Part shown: positions 55,052 to 63,751 of the stretch, in pieces
Layout: every line of letters begins with the position of its first letter
Numbering within the stretch: the first letter of the stretch is position 1
NCBI GenBank assembly: GCA_902540265.1
Contig: CACBLW010000004.1
Location: forward strand, 12,901 to 76,900
Reading direction: 5' to 3'
Length of the DNA stretch: 64,000 nt
Source: an uncultured Alphaproteobacteria bacterium
GTDB lineage: Bacteria > Pseudomonadota > Alphaproteobacteria > HIMB59 > GCA-002718135
Made by a program: the position numbers and the translations under genes
Notes under the pieces: model-generated
Told to the model about the DNA's origin: nothing
What the model saw: only the letters and a program-made list of their open reading frames with translations
Databases searched by the model: none

Positions 55052-55846
55052 TTAAATATATTCAAATTCAATTGAACCTAATTGATTAAAATCAGCTTTA
55101 ATTTTACTTTTAGGATAAATTCTAAATGCTTTAGTGCAAGATCCAGAGCTAATAAACTGACCTTTAAGCATTGGCTCGCCTTTTTCTGCAAGATTGTTTA
55201 TCAGCCAAAGAACTGCATTTAATGGATTATCCAATACATTTTTTGTATTTCCAGTATCTACAATTGTGTTATTTATTAATAAACTTACTTCAAAATTGTT
55301 AAGATCTACATCTTTAATTTTAATTAAATTTTCATCACGTATCCAAAATTCTGAGGCTCCATTAGTTGATATTACATTTAAGACGCCAATCTCTGATAAT
55401 GGTTTTCTAAATCTAAAATCAACTATTTCAACTGAACAAAATAAACCATCTAATAAATAATCTAAGTCTTTAAATTTGAAAGGTGCTTTAGAAATATTTA
55501 TATCATCTTTTATTCTGAAACTAATTTCTGGTTCAACATAGGGTTCATAGAAATTTTTAGAATTTAATAAATTAATATTTTTTGAACTGTATCGATAAAA
55601 TAGATTTCCATGGAAGGGTTCTTTTATATTCATTTGTTTCTGTGCAGCTACAGATGTACATCCAACTTTTTTTCCAACACAGAAATTATCTTTCAGTTCT
55701 AAGTATCTAAGTTTTAAATTATCTTGAATTGCATAAGCCTCATCAATTGTCTGAGGTTCTAGATTTTTTAAAGAACTTAATCCAGTTTTATTTAATCTAT
55801 GTTCAAATAAAATTTTTGATGCTTCTTGAATATTTTCTTTATTCAT
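55052..55846 (-). CDS. 2-oxopent-4-enoate hydratase / FAH-fold hydratase-decarboxylase family protein (MhpD/HpcG-like)
   Basis: 264 aa. The N-terminal ASKILFEHRLNKTGL ... TIDEAYAIQDNL pattern is typical of the MhpD family. Confidence 0.5.
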   Translation of the reverse strand: MNKENIQEASKILFEHRLNKTGLSSLKNLEPQTIDEAYAIQDNLKLRYLELKDNFCVGKKVGCTSVAAQKQMNIKEPFHGNLFYRYSSKNINLLNSKNFYEPYVEPEISFRIKDDINISKAPFKFKDLDYLLDGLFCSVEIVDFRFRKPLSEIGVLNVISTNGASEFWIRDENLIKIKDVDLNNFEVSLLINNTIVDTGNTKNVLDNPLNAVLWLINNLAEKGEPMLKGQFISSGSCTKAFRIYPKSKIKADFNQLGSIEFEYI

Positions 55847-56556
55847 AGTTTAATTGCGTACTTATTAATTTCTTCATATATGTCTAAACATTCTTCATAA
55901 ATATTTTCATAAGTTTTTGGCACAATATATTCTTTAGAATTTTTGGTGTTAAAAGTAGTGGAGGAGATTACATCTTTATACCAAACTTTAGACCAAATAC
56001 CATCTGTATCTCTATAGCCCTTTGGCCAATTAAGCATATTTTGATCAAAATCTAAATTTAATTTTTGACACAAAATTTTTAAATATTTTTCAGGACTTGC
56101 TAATAAATAATCAGAGTTTATTACTATAGGCTCTTTTGAATTTAATAATTTAAAAATTTCATAAAGTTTTTTAAAACCTACATCTTGAATTGATTTTAAA
56201 GTATTTTTTTTTAAATATGAGACAATTACTTTAGCAGGATCACGGATTAAAAAGCAATTTATCCCTTTGTTAATCCAATCTAAGCGTGTTTCATCTAAAA
56301 TATGATGAGTCATATGTTTTTGATAAAATATTTTATACTTATTATCTTCTTTAGTGATTAAATTAATAACCTCATCTTGATTTGTATGATAGTGATCTAT
56401 AATTTCATCTTTCATTGGATGATTTAAGTTAGTTTTTTTTAAATAATATGCATAAAAAGGTTCATCATAAACTTTTGTGTCTTTTCTATTTTCAAAAGAT
56501 CGCATCAATGCAGTACTAATATTTCTTGGTCCAGACCAAACGAATAAATTAATCAT
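55843..56556 (-). CDS. sulfotransferase-fold / P-loop-like protein of unknown function
   Basis: 237 aa. The N-terminal FVWSGPRNISTALMRSF segment resembles the PAPS/nucleotide-binding loop of sulfotransferase-fold proteins. It is translationally coupled to both neighbours. Confidence 0.4.
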   Translation of the reverse strand: MINLFVWSGPRNISTALMRSFENRKDTKVYDEPFYAYYLKKTNLNHPMKDEIIDHYHTNQDEVINLITKEDNKYKIFYQKHMTHHILDETRLDWINKGINCFLIRDPAKVIVSYLKKNTLKSIQDVGFKKLYEIFKLLNSKEPIVINSDYLLASPEKYLKILCQKLNLDFDQNMLNWPKGYRDTDGIWSKVWYKDVISSTTFNTKNSKEYIVPKTYENIYEECLDIYEEINKYAIKL

Positions 56557-57447
56557 TTAAATTAAATTATTATAAAAATTAGTTAATTCTTTAGTGATAG
56601 GATTTTTCTTTAATGAATATTTTTTTTTATTTATTTGATTTACAGGTACAATTCCTGCGAAAGATCCTGTACAAAATGCTTCATCTGCATTTAATACTTC
56701 GTTTAATTTAAAATTTTTTTCTTTTACTTTTATTTTATTTTTTTTACATAGATCAATAATTTTTTGTCTCGTAATTCCTGTAACACAATATTTTCCTGTT
56801 GAGGTAAAGACTGTCTTATTTTTTACAAAGAAAAAATGCGTACTATTATTTGTAGCAATATTTCCATTAATATCAAACATAAGTGCTTCATCAGCATTCT
56901 TTTTATTAGCTTCAATACATGCTAGTATACAATTTAATTTACTAAGTGAATTTATCTGTGGATTTTGAACATTGATTGGTCCTCTAATAGTTTTTACTGT
57001 AACCAATTTTAATCCTTTTTTGTAAGTTTTAATATCTGGTTTTTTATATTCAGGGATTATGATTATGGTTGGTTTGGATATTGTAACTTTTGGTGATTGA
57101 TAGGGTGTTGATTTAATACCCCTAGAAATAATTATTCTTAAGTGAACATCTGTTTTCATTTTATTTATTTTGATAGTCTTAATTAGTGCTTCTGAAATTT
57201 TTTTACGAGTCAAATGTATTTTTAAATCAATAAGCTTTGCATCTTTATATAACCTATCTAGATGTTCTTTTAGAAATATGAAATTATTGTTATGATATCT
57301 TAACGAATCCCAGATACCATCCCCAAGCAATGTAGATGAATCAAAAACTGATATTTTGGCATCTTTTCTTTTATAAAATTTTCCGTTGATATAAATTTTA
57401 ATATTTTTATTTCTTTTATCATCTATAAAATCGTGACTTGAAACCAT
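56557..57447 (-). CDS. class IV (fold-type IV) PLP aminotransferase family protein
   Basis: 296 aa with a catalytic-Lys region (NSLSKLNCILA) and EALMFDINGNIATNNSTHFFFV, typical of BCAT, D-amino-acid aminotransferase and ADC lyase. Confidence 0.7.
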   Translation of the reverse strand: MVSSHDFIDDKRNKNIKIYINGKFYKRKDAKISVFDSSTLLGDGIWDSLRYHNNNFIFLKEHLDRLYKDAKLIDLKIHLTRKKISEALIKTIKINKMKTDVHLRIIISRGIKSTPYQSPKVTISKPTIIIIPEYKKPDIKTYKKGLKLVTVKTIRGPINVQNPQINSLSKLNCILACIEANKKNADEALMFDINGNIATNNSTHFFFVKNKTVFTSTGKYCVTGITRQKIIDLCKKNKIKVKEKNFKLNEVLNADEAFCTGSFAGIVPVNQINKKKYSLKKNPITKELTNFYNNLI

Positions 57448-57565
57448 AATTATTTTTATCTTAATAGCAAATATTGTCTACTTAATAATCTTATTAACTT
57501 TTATTGCAAATCAAAGAGTGACATGTGATCAAATTAATATAACCAATTAGAAATTAATTTGTTTA

Positions 57566-58726
57566 ATGTATAATAAAAATTTTATTGTAATTTGTATTTC
57601 TTCTACAATTGCTGCTTTTCCACCTATGGCTGTAGTTTTATTAGGCGGAATTATTACATCCCAGATAATGATGAAAGATTCATTAGCAACAGTGCCAATG
57701 ACATTAATGATTATAGGCATAGCAATAGGTGCGCCTATTGCATCAAGATTTATGAGTATTTGGGGAAGACAGAAGGGATTTTTATTTTCATCTTTACTCA
57801 GTTGTTTAGCACTAACTCTTTGTTCAATTGCAATTTTCTTAGAAAATTTTTATGTTTTTGCATTAGGTAATTTTTTAATTGGCAGCTCCCAAGCTTTTAT
57901 TCATCAGTACAGATTTGCTGCATCTGAGTCAGTTACAAAAGAATTTATTCCAAGATCTATCTCAATTATTTTATTATTAGGTATAGTCTCTGCTTTACTT
58001 TCATCAAATTTTGCTGAATATTTTAAAGATTTTTTTCCAAATAATTTATTTCTTGGTAGTTATATTTTCTTATCGTTTACAGCAATAATTCCTTTCTTCG
58101 TTCTTCTTTTTTATGAGGAAACAAAAACTTCTAATAATCAAAGTAAATTTCAAATCGAAACTATTTTCAAGCTTTTAAAAAATATTAAAATTATAGAATC
58201 AATTGTGAGTGCTGGTCTTGGTTATTTTACAATGGCTATAATTATGACAGCTACTCCTTTGCATATGCATCTTGTTAACAAATTTACTTTATTTGAAACC
58301 AGTATTGTAATTCAACTTCATGTTATAGGAATGTTTTTGCCATCTTTGTTTTCTGGAGATTTAATTAAAAGGTTTGGAAATACGAATATTATATATGCAG
58401 GAGTAGTTATTTTATTTTTAAGTATTTTAACTAATACATTTTTTGAATTTTATTATTCTTATATGCTAGGTCTAATACTACTTGGTATTGGCTGGAATTT
58501 TTTATTTGTTTCAGGTTCAAGTTTGTTAGTTGTTTCTTATAAGGAAAAGGATAAATTTACTGCACAAGGTTTAAATGATTTTATTGTTTTTTCTACTCAA
58601 GGCATAGGATCATTATCTGCTGGTTTCCTATTATATTTTTCAAATTGGACGGTAATAAATCTTTTATGTGTTCCTCTTTTGATTATTGTTTTAGTAGTTT
58701 CTTTTATTTCATCTAGAAATAATTAA
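57566..58726 (+). CDS. MFS transporter
   Basis: 386 aa, about 12 TM helices. Confidence 0.7.
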   Translation: MYNKNFIVICISSTIAAFPPMAVVLLGGIITSQIMMKDSLATVPMTLMIIGIAIGAPIASRFMSIWGRQKGFLFSSLLSCLALTLCSIAIFLENFYVFALGNFLIGSSQAFIHQYRFAASESVTKEFIPRSISIILLLGIVSALLSSNFAEYFKDFFPNNLFLGSYIFLSFTAIIPFFVLLFYEETKTSNNQSKFQIETIFKLLKNIKIIESIVSAGLGYFTMAIIMTATPLHMHLVNKFTLFETSIVIQLHVIGMFLPSLFSGDLIKRFGNTNIIYAGVVILFLSILTNTFFEFYYSYMLGLILLGIGWNFLFVSGSSLLVVSYKEKDKFTAQGLNDFIVFSTQGIGSLSAGFLLYFSNWTVINLLCVPLLIIVLVVSFISSRNN

Positions 58727-58775
58727 ATTTGATAATTAACTTTCAAATAATAATTTTTTCACTATAGTTATTATT

Positions 58776-59636
58776 ATGAGTAATGTAGGATTTATAGGTG
58801 TTGGCTATATGGGTTATGGTATGGCTAAAAATTTATTAAAAAAACATAATGTATATATTTTTGCTCATAAGAATAGAAAACCTGTTAATAAATTAATAAA
58901 AATTGGAGCAAAAGAATTAAAAACTTATAGTGAAATAAAAAATATTAAAATTGATTGTTTGATGATGTGTGTAACTAATACTCCTATTGCAATAAATGTA
59001 GCAAATAAAATTAAAAATTACCTCAATAGTAATACACTTGTAATTGATTTAACAACACATGATAAGAATGGTGCTTTAAAAATGAATAAAATTTTTCAAT
59101 CAAAAAAAATCAGTTATAATTTTTGTGGAGTAATGGGCGGTCCCATTCAAAGTGAGCAGGGTATATTAGGTGGAATTTATGGTGGTAAGAAAAATGATTT
59201 TCCAAAATGTAAAAAATATCTTAATTCTTTTTGTAAGTCAGTTTTTAATTTTGGTGATGTGTCAAAAGCATCTTCGGCAAAATTATTGTCTAATTTTTTA
59301 TCATTAATGACTACCACTTCAGTTATCGAATTTTTTAAATCTGCTAAAAAACTAGGTATCAACATAAAACTTCTTTGTGATGTAGCCAGATTGGGTTCTG
59401 GAAATTCTGGAGCTTTGGATAGAATTGCTAATAAAGCTATTAATGGTAATTATAAAGGATATGTGTTTTCAGTAGATAACACTTATAAAGATTTAAATTA
59501 TATAAATGATCTTGTTTCTGATTTACCAAATGCAAATAAATTATCTAAATTGGCAAAGTCATTTTATAAAGAAGCTTCAAAAAAAGGATTTGGCGACTTT
59601 CTTGTTAGTGAATTAATTGATAAAGAAAAATACTAA
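58776..59636 (+). CDS. NAD(P)-dependent beta-hydroxyacid dehydrogenase family protein
   Basis: 286 aa with the N-terminal VGFIGVGYMGYGMA Rossmann motif. It is a second paralog of the 47363-48238 family. Confidence 0.7.
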   Translation: MSNVGFIGVGYMGYGMAKNLLKKHNVYIFAHKNRKPVNKLIKIGAKELKTYSEIKNIKIDCLMMCVTNTPIAINVANKIKNYLNSNTLVIDLTTHDKNGALKMNKIFQSKKISYNFCGVMGGPIQSEQGILGGIYGGKKNDFPKCKKYLNSFCKSVFNFGDVSKASSAKLLSNFLSLMTTTSVIEFFKSAKKLGINIKLLCDVARLGSGNSGALDRIANKAINGNYKGYVFSVDNTYKDLNYINDLVSDLPNANKLSKLAKSFYKEASKKGFGDFLVSELIDKEKY

Positions 59637-59807
59637 ATGGATAAATTAGTTCCAATTATATACATGATTGGAGTTCTTTTGTTAGTGCTTCCTTCTTTTT
59701 TAAGTTCTAATAGTAGTTTAAAAACTTTTTTTACAAACTTGTCTATTTGGATAGCAATTATATTAGTAGTTTTAACTTTTTACTTTGCCTATCATTATTT
59801 TATTTGA
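59637..59807 (+). CDS. small two-TM membrane protein (56 aa), not in the ORF track
   Basis: My own translation is MDKLVPIIYMIGVLLLVLPSFLSSNSSLKTFFTNLSIWIAIILVVLTFYFAYHYFI. The ATG immediately follows the stop of the upstream gene (TAAATG). It has two hydrophobic helices. Confidence 0.4.
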   Translation: MDKLVPIIYMIGVLLLVLPSFLSSNSSLKTFFTNLSIWIAIILVVLTFYFAYHYFI

Positions 59808-59874
59808 ATCATTAAAGATATTTAACTGAATTAAATGTAGACTAAACTCTAACAAATATCTATACGAGAATTTC

Positions 59875-60984
59875 ATGTCTAATCAATATATTGCCAAATC
59901 AAGAAGATTAAGAAGTACTATATATTCTTCACGAATTGAAAATCAGGGAGTTACTTCTTATACTATATACAATCATATGCTTCTCCCAGCTGGTTTTGAA
60001 GGTGGCCTTGAAGAAACCTATGAGCATTTAAAAAATCATGTTCAGGTCTGGGATGTTGCTGCTGAAAGGCAAATAGAAATTAAAGGTAAGGACGCCTATC
60101 AATTAGTTCAGTTAATGACATGTAGAGATTTAAGTAATGCCAAAGATGGTAAATGTTATTATTGCCCAATTATTGATGAAAATGGAGGCATGATTAATGA
60201 TCCGGTTGTACTAAAATTTAGCGATGAAAAATGGTGGATTTCAATCGCTGACTCTGATGTTATGTTATTTGCCAAAGGTCTAGCTATAGGAAAAAAATTA
60301 GAAGTTTCAATTTTTGAACCTGATGTAAATATTATGGCAGTTCAAGGACCTAAGGCTTTTAATTTACTCGAAAAAATATTTGGTAAAGAGATTTTAGATT
60401 TAAAATTTTATAATTTTAAATATTTTAATTTTCAATCTACTCAACATTTAATTGCTAGATCTGGATGGTCAAAGCAGGGCGGTGTAGAAATATATGTAGA
60501 AAATTCTAAATCTGGATTAGAATTATACGATTTATTATTTGAACAAGGTAAAGAGTTTAATGTTAAGCCAGGATGCCCTCATCTAATTGAAAGAATTGAA
60601 GGTGCTTTACTTTCTTACGGCAATGATATGGATATAAATGATAATCCTTTAGAGTGTGGTTTAGAGAAATTTGTAAATTTAGATACAAATATAGAATTTC
60701 TTGGAAAAGATAATTTAATTAAAATCAAAAACAGTGGGATAGAAAAAAAATTAATGGGTGTGAAAATTAATCTAGATAAAATAAACTTAAGATCTGCTAT
60801 TAATTTAACTATAGATGATAAAATCATTGGTGAAATTAGATCGGCAGTTTTTTCACCAACGTTCAATAAAGTAATTGGCATAGCAATGATAAATAAACCA
60901 TATTTTACTAATAAAGGTAATTTTGACATATTCATTGATTCAAAGAAATATGTTGGAGAAATTTGCGATATTCCATTTGTGTAA
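59875..60984 (+). CDS. dmdA: GcvT-family aminomethyltransferase, DMSP demethylase-like
   Basis: 369 aa. The N-terminal [29 protein letters not shown] and [12 protein letters not shown] segments match the DmdA clade as I remember it, rather than canonical GcvT (compare 24679-25803). Confidence 0.65.
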   Translation: MSNQYIAKSRRLRSTIYSSRIENQGVTSYTIYNHMLLPAGFEGGLEETYEHLKNHVQVWDVAAERQIEIKGKDAYQLVQLMTCRDLSNAKDGKCYYCPIIDENGGMINDPVVLKFSDEKWWISIADSDVMLFAKGLAIGKKLEVSIFEPDVNIMAVQGPKAFNLLEKIFGKEILDLKFYNFKYFNFQSTQHLIARSGWSKQGGVEIYVENSKSGLELYDLLFEQGKEFNVKPGCPHLIERIEGALLSYGNDMDINDNPLECGLEKFVNLDTNIEFLGKDNLIKIKNSGIEKKLMGVKINLDKINLRSAINLTIDDKIIGEIRSAVFSPTFNKVIGIAMINKPYFTNKGNFDIFIDSKKYVGEICDIPFV

Positions 60985-60987
60985 GTT

Positions 60988-61881
60988 ATGACTGATAATG
61001 TTAAGGCTATCGTCTTAGCACTAATTGCTTCTTTTTCTGGGGTAGTAATGAATGTTTTTTTAAAAATTTCTTTGGAAGATATTAATGTATTTACTTCTGC
61101 TTTTTTAAGATTTTTTTTTGGATTGATTTTAATACTACCTTTTATTTTTTATAGTAAATTTCAAAATTATAAGACACCAAATTTTAAAATTCATTTAACA
61201 AGAGGTATTTTGAATATTCCAATGATGCTTCTCAGTTTTTCTGCATTGCAATTTATACCTTTAGAACAAATCAAAGCTATTTCGTTTGTTACTCCAATAA
61301 TTGTAGTAATATTGAGTGTAATTTTTTTAAAAGAGAAAATTTATTTAATACGTATTAGCGCGTTATTTATTGGCTTGATTGGAGTGTTTGTAATTTTAAG
61401 ACCTGGATTTGTTAGCATTAATGTTGGTGCATACATGGTTTTATGTGCCTGTCTAATTTGGTCAGTTGTAGTAATAATAACTAAGTTTGCTGCAAAGGAA
61501 GATAGTGCTTTTACAATTTTATCATATCAATACACTTTTGTTACAATATTATCATTTCCTATCGCATTGTATTTTTGGGATACCCCATCTTTGCAAACAA
61601 TAATTTATCTAATCTTTGCTGGCATTGCTGGCACTATAGTGCATCTATGTATAAATACAGCTTACAAGCTTACTGATCTATCTGTTTTACAACCTGTTAA
61701 TTTTTCACGTCTTTTAATAGCATCTTTTTTTGGTTTCTTAATTTTTGATGAAATTCCTGATATTTGGACAATAATTGGTGGATTAATTATTTTTTCATCC
61801 ATATTAATTATTACTTACAGAGAAAACTATCTTAAAAAAGATATTGCAAAGAAATCAATTCAATTAAACTTAAATAGCTAA
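60988..61881 (+). CDS. EamA/DMT-family transporter
   Basis: 297 aa, 10 TM helices, two EamA repeats. Confidence 0.75.
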   Translation: MTDNVKAIVLALIASFSGVVMNVFLKISLEDINVFTSAFLRFFFGLILILPFIFYSKFQNYKTPNFKIHLTRGILNIPMMLLSFSALQFIPLEQIKAISFVTPIIVVILSVIFLKEKIYLIRISALFIGLIGVFVILRPGFVSINVGAYMVLCACLIWSVVVIITKFAAKEDSAFTILSYQYTFVTILSFPIALYFWDTPSLQTIIYLIFAGIAGTIVHLCINTAYKLTDLSVLQPVNFSRLLIASFFGFLIFDEIPDIWTIIGGLIIFSSILIITYRENYLKKDIAKKSIQLNLNS

Positions 61882-62768
61882 TGAATAATAATATAAAAGC
61901 AATTTTATTAACTGTCTCAGGATCTTTTTTTGCAGTTTTAATGGAGTCATTAATAAGAAGTGCACAATATGATTCTAATGTTTATACAATCGGTTTTCTA
62001 AGATTCTTATTTGGTCTTATAATAATTTTTCCGTATTTAATTAAAAAAAAATTTATTCCATATAAAACAAAAAATTTTAAATTTTATTTTATTCGTGGAT
62101 TGTTCAATCTTCCCATGATGATACTTGGATTTGGTGCTCTAGTATATGTTCCCTTTGAACAATTTAAAGCTTTACATTTCTTGAGTCCTATAATTGTTGT
62201 TTTACTTAGTTTTATAATTTTTAGAGAGAAAATTTATATGTATCGTATTTTGGCATTAGTAATTGGTTTTATAGGAATGCTAATTATTGTTAGACCTGGA
62301 ATTGTAGATTTTAATATTGGAACAATTATGATTCTAATTTCTTTAACTTTCTGGTCTTTAATTATTATCGTATCTAAATTTGTCTCTAAGGATGATTCTC
62401 CTATAACAATGGTTACATATCAATATACTCTTATGACAATTTTTGCTTTACCTCTTGCTATATATTTTTGGCAAATGCCTTCGTTACAATCTTTAATATT
62501 TGTTTTTATAGGTGCTATATCAGGTACAATTCTCCATCTTTCTTTAGCTTTGTCATATAAATATGCTGAATTATCTGTAACGCAACCAGTGTGGTTTAGT
62601 GGATTAATTTTTGGTTCAGCTTTTGGCTTTTTTGTCTTTAATGAAACTCCAGATGTATGGACATGGATTGGGGGGATAGTTGTATTTTCATCAGTATTGC
62701 TTATAACTTACAATGAAAGAAGCAAAGATTTTAAAAATACTAAAAATATTGTTATTAATGGAAATTAA
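61881..62768 (+). CDS. EamA/DMT-family transporter (tandem paralog)
   Basis: 295 aa, collinear and clearly similar to the preceding ORF (for example FLRFLFGLIIIFPY versus FLRFFFGLILILPF). It shares 1 nt with the upstream stop. Confidence 0.75.
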   Translation: MNNNIKAILLTVSGSFFAVLMESLIRSAQYDSNVYTIGFLRFLFGLIIIFPYLIKKKFIPYKTKNFKFYFIRGLFNLPMMILGFGALVYVPFEQFKALHFLSPIIVVLLSFIIFREKIYMYRILALVIGFIGMLIIVRPGIVDFNIGTIMILISLTFWSLIIIVSKFVSKDDSPITMVTYQYTLMTIFALPLAIYFWQMPSLQSLIFVFIGAISGTILHLSLALSYKYAELSVTQPVWFSGLIFGSAFGFFVFNETPDVWTWIGGIVVFSSVLLITYNERSKDFKNTKNIVINGN

Positions 62769-62786
62769 TATTTAATTAAAAATTAT

Positions 62787-63707
62787 ATGAGTACTAAATA
62801 TAAATATTATGGAATGTGGCCTGTAGCTCCAACACCTTTTCACGATAATGGTGAAGTAGATTATGAAGGTATGGAAAGAGTTTTAGATTGTATGGTTGAT
62901 CAAAAAGTTCAAGGCATATGTATTCTTGCTAATTATTCTGAACAATTTTTACTTTCAGATGATGAAAGGGAAAAATTAACAAAACTTTGTATGAAAAAAA
63001 TTGACGGAAGAGTTAAGACTATTATTACCGTTAGTCATTTTGCAACTGATATTGTGCGTCCGAGAGCAGAGTTAGCAAAATCACTTGGAGCTGATATTAT
63101 TATGATGATGCCGCCTTATCACGGTGCACTACTTAAAGGAAATGCAGATCAAATTTTTGAACAATTTGATGAAATTTCTAAGGTCGGGATACCTATAATG
63201 ATACAAGACGCACCATTATCTGGAATTGAGCTTTCAATACCTCTTCTTACAAAAATGATCAATGAAATTGAGCAACTAACATGTTTTAAAATTGAAAGTG
63301 CTAACGCAGCATCAAAAATAAGAGCTCTTATAAAAAATTGCAGTTCTAGATTAGATGCGCCTTTTGATGGTGAAGAAAGTATTACTTTATACGCGGACTT
63401 AGAAGCTGGAATTTCTGGAAGTATGAGCTCAGCATTGCTTCCAGAAAAAATAGCTCCAGTAATTGATCTTTTTTGGAATAATGAAAAAGATAAATCTGAA
63501 GAAATTTATAATAATATTCTGCCTTTAATAAATTTTGAAAATAGACAATGTGGTTTCAGAGCTACAAAAACAGTAATGAAAGAAGGTGGGGTAATTAAAT
63601 CAGATTTCTGCAGAGATCCAATTAAACCTTTAGATCAAGATACAAAAAATTTATTACTAAATTTTGCTAAAAGATTTGATTTACTTACTTATAAATGGGG
63701 CAAGTAG
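62787..63707 (+). CDS. dihydrodipicolinate synthase / N-acetylneuraminate lyase family class I aldolase
   Basis: 306 aa with a DapA-family pattern: APTPFHDNGEVDYEGMERV at the N-terminus and a candidate Schiff-base Lys in CFKIES. Confidence 0.65.
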   Translation: MSTKYKYYGMWPVAPTPFHDNGEVDYEGMERVLDCMVDQKVQGICILANYSEQFLLSDDEREKLTKLCMKKIDGRVKTIITVSHFATDIVRPRAELAKSLGADIIMMMPPYHGALLKGNADQIFEQFDEISKVGIPIMIQDAPLSGIELSIPLLTKMINEIEQLTCFKIESANAASKIRALIKNCSSRLDAPFDGEESITLYADLEAGISGSMSSALLPEKIAPVIDLFWNNEKDKSEEIYNNILPLINFENRQCGFRATKTVMKEGGVIKSDFCRDPIKPLDQDTKNLLLNFAKRFDLLTYKWGK

Positions 63708-63751
63708 TAAAATTTAATTGACAAATATTATTTAAAAATTACTTATAATTA

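Noticed and set aside
55194-60935. ORFs 55194-55460 (+), 57592-57870 (+), 59177-59365 (-) and 60615-60935 (-)
   Set aside because: Each lies inside a longer ORF with recognisable family features (hydratase, MFS, beta-HAD, DmdA-like), either out of frame or on the antisense strand.
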